Shown: positions 26,815-33,883 of the stretch, piece after piece
Layout of the letters: the number at the start of each line of letters is the position of its first letter
Numbering within the stretch: position 1 is the stretch's first letter
From: an uncultured Peptostreptococcaceae bacterium
Lineage (GTDB): Bacteria > Bacillota > Clostridia > Peptostreptococcales > BM714
Direction of reading: 5' to 3'
Length of the DNA stretch: 64,000 nt
Assembly: GCA_964484935.1 (NCBI GenBank)
Contig: CAZAFW010000001.1
Location: 135,654-199,653 of the forward strand
Made by a program: the position numbers and the translations under genes
The notes under the pieces: generated by a model
The model's input: the letters and a program-made list of their open reading frames with translations, nothing else
Database searches by the model: none
Told to the model about the DNA's origin: nothing

Positions 26815-27752
26815 TATTTTTTCACACCTCCGAACACATTGGCTTTGACATATTTGTCAATCAAAGGCGTTACAATATTCATAAATAGAATGGAGAAAGA
26901 CACGCCTCCTGGATATCCCCCAAACAGTCTGATTATTACTGTGATTAAACCGCATCCAACAGCATATATGATTTGCCCCTTTGCCGTCATCGGAGATGAT
27001 ACATAATCCGTAGCCATGAAGATGGCTCCCAAAACTAATCCTCCCGCTAGCAAATGGAACATCATGTAGTTTATATTGAATCCACCGTAAAACAATGTCA
27101 AAACAGCCACAGTACCCATGTATGCAAGAGGAATCCTCAGGCTTATAACTCCACGATAGACAAGATAAATTCCTCCTATCAAAAGTGCCAACGCCGAAAC
27201 TTCACCTATGCATCCTCCTATTTTACCAATGAAAAGATTAAAAATGGAAACACTTTCAGGCACAATCCTGCTTCCTTTTATAAGCGCAAGAGGAGTCGCC
27301 TCGGTTACTGCATCGACCGGGTACTTCCATGTGGTCATTTCAATCGGCCAAGATGCTATAAGGAATACTCTTGCCGCCAAAGCCGGGTTGATGAAATTAT
27401 GTCCCAAGCCCCCAAATGCCTGCTTGGCAATTGCTATTGCGAAAATCGAACCGACGATAGGAATCCAAAACGGAACTTCCGGAGGAAGGTTAAGTGCCAG
27501 CAAGAGTCCTGTTACGGCGGCGCTGTAATCCATTACTGTAATGGGTTGTCTTCTTATATTTTGTATTATTGCTTCAGTCGCCATGGCTGCCGCAACTGAC
27601 AGCAATACGACAATCAATGTCTGAAATCCGAAGTAATACATTCCTGCAAGCGTAGCAGGAATGAGAGCTATTACAACATCTCTCATTGTTTTATCAGTCG
27701 CTTCTTTCGACCTGATGTGCGGCGATGAAGTGACTATCAATTTTCTTTCCAT
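26814..27752 (-). CDS. rnfD: Rnf complex subunit D
   Basis: 312-aa polytopic protein of the RnfD/NqrB family (…SSPHIRS…, …FMATDYVSSP…). Confidence 0.92.
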   Translation of the reverse strand: MERKLIVTSSPHIRSKEATDKTMRDVVIALIPATLAGMYYFGFQTLIVVLLSVAAAMATEAIIQNIRRQPITVMDYSAAVTGLLLALNLPPEVPFWIPIVGSIFAIAIAKQAFGGLGHNFINPALAARVFLIASWPIEMTTWKYPVDAVTEATPLALIKGSRIVPESVSIFNLFIGKIGGCIGEVSALALLIGGIYLVYRGVISLRIPLAYMGTVAVLTLFYGGFNINYMMFHLLAGGLVLGAIFMATDYVSSPMTAKGQIIYAVGCGLITVIIRLFGGYPGGVSFSILFMNIVTPLIDKYVKANVFGGVKK

Positions 27753-27765
27753 CTTTACCCTCCTG

Positions 27766-29088
27766 TTATTTTGTTTTCCTTCGTTTTGAAAGTATTTCCC
27801 TTTTGGCCATTCTTATTGAATGGAGCAAAGGCCGTTTCGAAGGACAAATGAAAGAACACGAACCGCATTCGATGCAATCCATTGCATTATTCTTTTCCGC
27901 CATATCGAACATTCCGTTCAATGAATAGGCGCTGATTGCAAACGGTTGAATAAATGAAGGGCATATGTCTACACATTTGCCGCATCTTATGCAAGGATTT
28001 GGCTCAGGCAATCTTGCCTGTTCTTCCGTGAATACCAATACACCCGATGTAGTCTTGGTCGAGGGCAGGTCATCTGTGAATTGAGCAAAACCCATCATCG
28101 GTCCGCCAAGAATGAGTTTTCCCGGCTCGCCTTTGTATCCTCCAGCTTGAGCTATGATTTCACTGATTCTGGTTCCATTTTTTATCATAATGTTTTTAGG
28201 CTCGACAATTCCGTCGCCTGTGACAGTACAAATTCTTTCTATAAGCGGCATTCCTGTTCTGATTGCCTTCGATATCGCCGACATTGTGGCAACATTGCTT
28301 ACGACTGCTCCTGCATCCATCGGAAGGGCTCCTGAAGGAACTTCTCTTTGTGAACATGCGTAAATCAATTGTTTCTCAGATCCTTGCGGGTACTTGGTCT
28401 TTACGACCACAACTTGAATACCCGGTAAATCCTTTGCAGCCTCTTTCATCGAAAGCACAGCATCCATTTTGTTGTTCTCTATGGCTATGAAGGCTTTCTC
28501 AAGTCCCAAGACTTTCATTACTGCCCTTAACCCATAAACAACGTCTTCCGGAGTCTCAAGCATGAGACGGTGGTCCGATGTCAGATACGGCTCGCATTCC
28601 GCTCCGTTTAATATAAGTACATCAATCTTCTTGTCCGGTGGAGGCGACAATTTTACTCTTGTCGGGAAGCCCGCCCCGCCCATTCCTACTATTCCGGCTT
28701 CGTTGATTATATCGAGTATTTCTTTCGGCTCAAGCATCTCGATATCGCCCTTGGGAACAACGCTCTCATGAACTTCATTCAAGCCATCGGACTCGATTAC
28801 GATGCAAGTTCCCGTACCGTTGATAATCATCCTTTTTTCGATTTTCTTTACCGTTCCGGAAATGCTGCTATGGACTGGCGCAGATACAAATCCGCCCGCT
28901 TCACCAATTTTCTGCCCAACCTTGACTTTTTCGCCAACTTCCACAATTGCCTTGCAAGGTGCGCCGATGTGTTGCTGAAGGGGAATTACTACGATTTCAG
29001 GTTCCAAAGCTTTCTCCACCGGTAAATGTTCTGTCATTTCTTTACTGTGTGGAGGATGAATGCCTCCCCTGAATGATAAAAGATTCAT
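27766..29088 (-). CDS. rnfC: Rnf complex subunit C
   Basis: MNLLSFRGGIHPP…, a GMGGAGFPT nucleotide-binding motif, and two C-terminal 4Fe-4S motifs (CIRCGKCVDICP, CIECGSCSFICP). Confidence 0.95.
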   Translation of the reverse strand: MNLLSFRGGIHPPHSKEMTEHLPVEKALEPEIVVIPLQQHIGAPCKAIVEVGEKVKVGQKIGEAGGFVSAPVHSSISGTVKKIEKRMIINGTGTCIVIESDGLNEVHESVVPKGDIEMLEPKEILDIINEAGIVGMGGAGFPTRVKLSPPPDKKIDVLILNGAECEPYLTSDHRLMLETPEDVVYGLRAVMKVLGLEKAFIAIENNKMDAVLSMKEAAKDLPGIQVVVVKTKYPQGSEKQLIYACSQREVPSGALPMDAGAVVSNVATMSAISKAIRTGMPLIERICTVTGDGIVEPKNIMIKNGTRISEIIAQAGGYKGEPGKLILGGPMMGFAQFTDDLPSTKTTSGVLVFTEEQARLPEPNPCIRCGKCVDICPSFIQPFAISAYSLNGMFDMAEKNNAMDCIECGSCSFICPSKRPLLHSIRMAKREILSKRRKTK

Positions 29089-29210
29089 TGATACTCACCC
29101 CTTTATAAATATTCGTCACATTTATACTCATTATATTGCCAAACAAATTACAATATAAATAATATCATGCGAACAAAAAAACACAAAAAAAAAACATATA
29201 GTCCATTAAC

Positions 29211-29239
29211 ATAGTATCTTTAAAGGTTTTTAAAGTCAA
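29211..29239 (-). promoter_or_regulatory. candidate sigma-A promoter for rnfCDGEAB
   Basis: Minus strand: TTGACT (29239..29234), 17-nt spacer, TACTAT (29216..29211). This would give a T-rich 5'UTR of about 120 nt before rnfC. Confidence 0.45.
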
Positions 29240-29243
29240 TCAT

Positions 29244-29261
29244 TGTTAATTGCATAACGAA
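29244..29261. promoter_or_regulatory. candidate Rex (NADH/NAD-sensing repressor) operator
   Basis: TTGTTAA-TTGC-ATAACGA versus the clostridial Rex consensus TTGTTAA-N4-TTAACAA. The left half is 7/7 and the right half 5/7. It ends 4 nt from the -35 of the candidate rnf promoter. Confidence 0.35.
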
Positions 29262-29282
29262 TATTCGGAGCGCTTTTGAAAA

Positions 29283-29825
29283 TCATTGTTTGATTTTTTC
29301 AAGACCTTCTTTAACATGCTCCTTTATCCAGCAAATTACATCGATATTGTTCAACGGCACATCGCCCAAAACTTCTTTGATTTCCCTTGTATCCAATATA
29401 AAACATCTTTCATCTATATAATGTCTGTATATGAAATCAACTTTGATGTCCGATATCACAACTGTAACAACGGTATCTACAATATTGCCGAGAGGAGCAC
29501 GGTCAATATGGTCATATCTGAATGAAGCTGTCAGCTCCGTTCCCTTTCCTACTTCCGATTTCATCTTGAAACTCCCATCGCAATTTTCTGCGGCAGATTT
29601 TAACATTGGTATGCCCAATCCAACTTTTCTTGTTGTCCTGCTTGTGTAGAACGGATTGGTCACTTTTTTAAGCGTTTCCTCATCCATTCCCTTTCCATCG
29701 TCTTTGATGCATATTTCAAGAATGTTCTTTTCTATTTTTTCACAAATCTCAATTTCAACCAGTTTGGAATCAGCATGGACAGAATTTTGAGCTATGTCCA
29801 ATATATGCATAGACAATTCCTTCAT
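29283..29825 (-). CDS. stand-alone HATPase_c (GHKL) ATP-binding protein, no HisKA or receiver domain
   Basis: N-box-like HILDIAQNS, G1 DDGKGM, G2 GLGIPM. A C-terminal domain of about 70 aa has no recognisable motif. Last gene of the six-gene cluster. Confidence 0.75.
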   Translation of the reverse strand: MKELSMHILDIAQNSVHADSKLVEIEICEKIEKNILEICIKDDGKGMDEETLKKVTNPFYTSRTTRKVGLGIPMLKSAAENCDGSFKMKSEVGKGTELTASFRYDHIDRAPLGNIVDTVVTVVISDIKVDFIYRHYIDERCFILDTREIKEVLGDVPLNNIDVICWIKEHVKEGLEKIKQ

Positions 29826-29839
29826 TTTAAGTCCCCCTT

Positions 29840-30553
29840 TCAGCTTTTTCTCAATGATTTGAATATGCTTCGAATATCTTTTTCATCAACTTCCAACCAA
29901 TTGTCACGCTCTGAAATGTCATGAAGATAATGGGCATCCGAATTTGAGACGAAGCAAAAATTCTTATACATAGGGTTCTTTGCTGTGAATTTTTCATGCG
30001 TCGTTATTTTTGAAAGCTCCAAGGCATCCACATTCAAGTCGGGCGGCAAGAAACCCAGATTTGCAATTAGACTAAACGCCTTTCTGTCTATGTGGGCCGG
30101 TATTGCAAGCCCATCATGCTCATGCACCAATTCAACCAATGCATAGATATTTAAACCAACCGAATGTATCAGCAGGCGTTTTTCTTCGCCTTTCAATTCG
30201 TCATTTTCATCGAATATCAATTGCCTTCCCAACAATTCCTCGGGATTGGAAATCCATTCAAAATGCTTGAAGAGTTCGTCTTGAAACGAATTGATCTTTT
30301 CAATTGTTTCGAACAGGCAAAGCACATGCACTTCCTCTTTTGTCTGAACTTCCATTCCCGGTACAACTATTATTCCATTCTTTCGGCCCAACTCCATGCA
30401 AGCCTCACAGTTTGCCGCATTGTTGTGGTCTGTTACCGCTATCGCGTCAAGCCCTTTTAATAAAGACATGTTTATTATATTGTTTGGAGTCATATCCTCA
30501 TCGCCGCACGGTGAAAGCGCCGAATGGATATGGAAGTCGTAATAAAGCTTCAT
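29840..30553 (-). CDS. PHP-domain metal-dependent phosphoesterase
   Basis: MKLYYDFHIHSALSPCGD… (HxH), …AVTDHNN…, …IPAHIDR…, …SNSDAH… are typical PHP metal ligands. Start placed at ATG 30553, forming an ATGA overlap with the preceding stop. ATG 30580 is the alternative. Confidence 0.8.
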   Translation of the reverse strand: MKLYYDFHIHSALSPCGDEDMTPNNIINMSLLKGLDAIAVTDHNNAANCEACMELGRKNGIIVVPGMEVQTKEEVHVLCLFETIEKINSFQDELFKHFEWISNPEELLGRQLIFDENDELKGEEKRLLIHSVGLNIYALVELVHEHDGLAIPAHIDRKAFSLIANLGFLPPDLNVDALELSKITTHEKFTAKNPMYKNFCFVSNSDAHYLHDISERDNWLEVDEKDIRSIFKSLRKS

Positions 30554-30885
30554 TTCATTCCCATCTCGTTTAGTTTGCATGCCAATGTAAAACTGTCAAG
30601 TTCGGAAGTGCATACAATTATATTCTCTTCATCCGCTTTCGCCAAAGTCTCTTCCTCCACTTCAATGGATTCAGGCACTATTACCATAGGCATTTCAAGA
30701 AGTGAGGCAACAGCTATTATGTTGAGGTGTGTCTGAACGGTAATCCAAATATCTCCTTTGCTTCCGTTTGCCATGACCCAACTCAAAAGATCGCAAATAT
30801 AAACTCCGTCCACGATTTTCATTGAATCCTTTTCGCCACTTAGCTGGTTCAATTTCAGTTCATCGATAATTTCATTGATGATCAT
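30550..30885 (-). CDS. DRTGG domain protein
   Basis: 111 aa; …VYICDLLSWVMANGSKGDIWITVQTHLNIIAVASLLEMPMVIV… fits the DRTGG fold pattern and is paralogous in layout to 32596..32955. It overlaps the upstream gene by 14 nt. Confidence 0.7.
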   Translation of the reverse strand: MIINEIIDELKLNQLSGEKDSMKIVDGVYICDLLSWVMANGSKGDIWITVQTHLNIIAVASLLEMPMVIVPESIEVEEETLAKADEENIIVCTSELDSFTLACKLNEMGMK

Positions 30886-32149
30886 TATTAACCTCCTGTC
30901 CTTTTCTTATTATGCAATCGTCAATTGAAGCTTCTCCCCGTACAATATCTTCCGCCAAAGCTCTGCAGCTTGGAGCTCCGCATGTTCCACAGTCTATTCC
31001 CGGCAGTTGCTTGTATATCTTCTCTATCATGTCCATCTTATTTATTGCCACACGAATGTCCGAATCCAATTTCATCACATTTTTAGGCTTAATTTCATCA
31101 ACCCAATCTTTCATTTCTTCATTGATTTTCCCTATGGCTTTTTCCCTGTCAATTGCCTCGAATTGTTTCTCCCCGATTTCTTCGGAAATGCGTCTTATTC
31201 TAGCTTTTGCGATAAATGAATTCTCCATTGTGAGTGGACCTCCAATACATCCATTTACGCATGCATATCCCTCGAAAAAATCCACATCGTTGAGCTTTCC
31301 AAGTTCCATTCCTTCCAATACTTCAATTACATTTTCTATGCCGTCAACAGCAAGATAATTTTTGGCTTTTATGCTGAAACTCTGTCCGTTTGCTTTTGCC
31401 CACCCTATTCCGACACTTGACGAGTTCTGCACTTGTTTTCGTATCTCCACATCCGGATAAATCTTCAAGATCTTGGAATAAACCGATTCTATTGAAATAG
31501 CTCTATCGACATACGACTTTCTTATTCCGACCGGGTTCTTAATGCTTGTTATCTTAGCTGGACATTCCGTTATATAAAATGTCCCAATTTCATCCATAGG
31601 TATTCCGGTTTTTTCCACAGCTTCCTTCTTGGCAAATCTAGCAGCAATTTCCATCGGTGTCTCAAGCTTGATTATCCTGTCTATAAGAGAAGGAAACCTT
31701 ATTTGTATCAGTCTTATTATTGCAGGGCAAAGAGTCGAAATAAGCGGACCTTCTTTTTCTCTGTTTTCCAATCTGTCTTTCAACGCTATTGAAAGATAGT
31801 CAGCGGCCTTGGCAACATCATAAACTTCATCGAAACCCAAATCGTAAAAAGAATTGAATATCTTGTTTATTTTCTTGCTCAAGTGAAATTGTCCATAAAT
31901 CGGAATAGAAACCAGCGCTATATTGTATTTGTATTTCTTCATGTCGGACAATTCATCCGTCAATGCTCTTTTCGCGTGATATGGGCATACTCTTATGCAC
32001 TCTCCGCAATCTATGCAGCGTTCATTTATGATTTCAGCTTTTCCATTGCGTAGGCGTATAGCCTCGGTCGGACATCTTTTCAAGCAATTAGTGCATCCAT
32101 TGCACTTTGTTATATCCAAATTGACTGAATGCCAATAATTTTCCATCAA
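30872..32149 (-). CDS. [FeFe]-hydrogenase-like protein: 2x[4Fe-4S] ferredoxin N-terminus, Fe-hydrogenase large-subunit-like core, RnfB-type C-x2-C-x4-C-x16-C C-terminus
   Basis: CNGCTNCLKRCP and CIDCGECIRVCP. Core motifs are STLCPA (compare TSCCP), ECPAK (compare MPCxxK) and ACVNGCIGGP (compare ExMxCxxGCxxGG). C-terminal CGTCGAPSCRALAEDIVRGEASIDDC. Confidence 0.75.
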   Translation of the reverse strand: MMENYWHSVNLDITKCNGCTNCLKRCPTEAIRLRNGKAEIINERCIDCGECIRVCPYHAKRALTDELSDMKKYKYNIALVSIPIYGQFHLSKKINKIFNSFYDLGFDEVYDVAKAADYLSIALKDRLENREKEGPLISTLCPAIIRLIQIRFPSLIDRIIKLETPMEIAARFAKKEAVEKTGIPMDEIGTFYITECPAKITSIKNPVGIRKSYVDRAISIESVYSKILKIYPDVEIRKQVQNSSSVGIGWAKANGQSFSIKAKNYLAVDGIENVIEVLEGMELGKLNDVDFFEGYACVNGCIGGPLTMENSFIAKARIRRISEEIGEKQFEAIDREKAIGKINEEMKDWVDEIKPKNVMKLDSDIRVAINKMDMIEKIYKQLPGIDCGTCGAPSCRALAEDIVRGEASIDDCIIRKGQEVNNDHQ

Positions 32150-32159
32150 ATTCCCTCCA

Positions 32160-32591
32160 TCAAATATTAAAAATCATTTCCACTTTTGTTTCCGCTCCCT
32201 TGGAAGATTCAATACTGAATTGGTCACTTGTTCTTTTCATATTAGGCAATCCCATGCCTGCCCCAAAGCCCATTTCACGCGCTTCATTCGAGGCTGTTGA
32301 AAATCCTTTTGTCATAGCTTTTTCAATATTTTCGATTCCATTTCCCTTGTCATGTGCTGTTACAGTTATTTTGTCGTGCGAAATTTCTGTGGTGATTTTG
32401 CCTCCTTCAGAATGAATAACTATGTTTATTTCCGACTCGTAAGCAGCTATTGCCACCCTTCTTACAACCTTTGCGTCGATGCCGATTTGATTCAACACTT
32501 TCTTGATGTTGCTTGATGCAAGTCCCGCCTTTGAAAACTCTTCTTTGCCGACTTCGTATTCAAGCTTTATTGTTTTTTCCAATTCAGCCAT
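32160..32591 (-). CDS. RsbW/SpoIIAB-like serine kinase-type HATPase_c protein (anti-sigma-factor-like)
   Basis: 143 aa; N-box AAYESEINIVIHS, G1 DKGNGI, G2 GFGAGMGLPN. Size and motif order match anti-sigma-factor kinases. No STAS partner or sigma factor gene is nearby. Confidence 0.7.
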   Translation of the reverse strand: MAELEKTIKLEYEVGKEEFSKAGLASSNIKKVLNQIGIDAKVVRRVAIAAYESEINIVIHSEGGKITTEISHDKITVTAHDKGNGIENIEKAMTKGFSTASNEAREMGFGAGMGLPNMKRTSDQFSIESSKGAETKVEMIFNI

Positions 32592-32595
32592 ATTA

Positions 32596-32955
32596 TTATG
32601 CCCCTTCTATTTTGATTGCTCCAAGTCCGCTCTTATAGAGCATACCGCTTGCTTCGAACAAAGTATGTTTAACTCCCATTAAAACCATTTTCTTTTCTCG
32701 TGCCAACCTGCAAACCTCTTCGTTGGGCTTTTTCCCCCTTACGAATACAATATTGGACAAATCTAGCATTTCTGCAGTCCTTATTACTTGCAGATTGGTG
32801 AGTCCAGTCAAAAGAAGTACCTTGTCATCAACAAAAGCCAATACATCGCTCATCAAATCACATGAAAAAGCTGCTTCCACTTCCCTGTCCATGTATTCTT
32901 CTCCTGCCAATATTTCGGCATCGAGTATTTCTTTTGCTTCTCTAAGTAACATCAC
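32596..32955 (-). CDS. DRTGG domain protein
   Basis: 119 aa; …AFSCDLMSDVLAFVDDKVLLLTGLTNLQVIRTAEMLDLSNIVFVRGKKP… fits the DRTGG pattern. It overlaps the upstream gene's stop. Confidence 0.72.
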   Translation of the reverse strand: MMLLREAKEILDAEILAGEEYMDREVEAAFSCDLMSDVLAFVDDKVLLLTGLTNLQVIRTAEMLDLSNIVFVRGKKPNEEVCRLAREKKMVLMGVKHTLFEASGMLYKSGLGAIKIEGA

Positions 32956-33854
32956 AATCCCCCTTCAACACCTTCGATTCCTTCGATATAAAGTTCCGAC
33001 AAATCGTCCATGAATCCTTCATTTTCAGTTTCGGCAACTTTAAGCAAAACTTCCTCAACCGATTCATGCCAATCATCAATTCCTTCAAAAATAAATCCAG
33101 CTGAATCGAGATCATCAAGCCTCAGCCTCATACTTTCCAACTCGTCCAACTTATTGTTTGCTGTTTCTTTAAAATCTCCAAGTTTCAAATTTGAATTCAA
33201 ATATGCTACATAATCGGATTGAACCTCTCCAATCATCGAAATCATACTCTCATAATCCTTTACACATGCGAGTGCATCTTCTTCATTGTCCTCCTCATAT
33301 GAAAATTCAACTGTTTTTTCGATCCTGTATAAAAAGGCATCGTCTGCAATATCCCTTGCGGCATTTTTGAAATACTCATCAAGGGCGCTGTCTGCATAGA
33401 CAATATTCAAAACCTTGAAATTGTTCCCGTCTACAATTATTCCTGCCTCACCCTTATCGTCCAATTCACCCAAAAACTTTTCTGCATTTTCCCGCTTTGA
33501 AAATCCTCCAAGCTGATAAGCATAGAGATTCAAATCAATTTGTCCGGTCTTCATGCCAGGCTTTATATTTTCATTTTCAATGCCGGTTTCCACCTGATCT
33601 TCAATTTTTTCTTCCCTAGTTTCATCTTCTTGAATTTCGTCAGGCTTTATTTCCAACATATCCGATATTTCCCTGCTTTGCTCTTCATCGGATCCCGAAG
33701 CTTCAGCCGATATGGGTTTTTCATTTCCTGAAAGCATGAATTTCACTCCGTAAAAACCCACCAATGCCGAAATTACGCATAAAAACAAAATTGAAAGAAT
33801 TATTCTTCCGCTTCTGTTTTTTCTGCTTCTTTTTCTTTTATATCTCTGTGCCAT
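32952..33854 (-). CDS. membrane-anchored protein with acidic linker and SPOR-like domain
   Basis: N-terminal basic stretch plus a TM segment (RIILSILFLCVISALVGFYGV), then an E/D-rich linker. …YAYQLGGFSKRENAEKFLGELDDKGEAGIIVDGNNFKVL… resembles a SPOR repeat. The C-terminal 140 aa are unassigned. Confidence 0.5.
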   Translation of the reverse strand: MAQRYKRKRSRKNRSGRIILSILFLCVISALVGFYGVKFMLSGNEKPISAEASGSDEEQSREISDMLEIKPDEIQEDETREEKIEDQVETGIENENIKPGMKTGQIDLNLYAYQLGGFSKRENAEKFLGELDDKGEAGIIVDGNNFKVLNIVYADSALDEYFKNAARDIADDAFLYRIEKTVEFSYEEDNEEDALACVKDYESMISMIGEVQSDYVAYLNSNLKLGDFKETANNKLDELESMRLRLDDLDSAGFIFEGIDDWHESVEEVLLKVAETENEGFMDDLSELYIEGIEGVEGGL

Positions 33855-33883
33855 AATATCATCCCCGCTTCGTTAATATTATA

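Noticed and set aside
29175-29194. A7-CAC-A10 homopolymer tracts as a possible phase-variation (slipped-strand) switch
   Set aside because: The tracts lie in the 5'UTR, not in a promoter spacer or coding frame, so length changes have no obvious on/off consequence. AT-rich leaders are common in this genome. I kept it only as a remark under the rnf control-region finding.
29165-29212. Phe-rich 15-codon mini-ORF (MLMDYMFFFCVFLFA) in the rnf leader that looks like a leader peptide
   Set aside because: Its ATG overlaps the proposed -10 hexamer and there is no SD. The Phe run is simply the poly-T tract read in frame. There is no evidence for attenuation logic.
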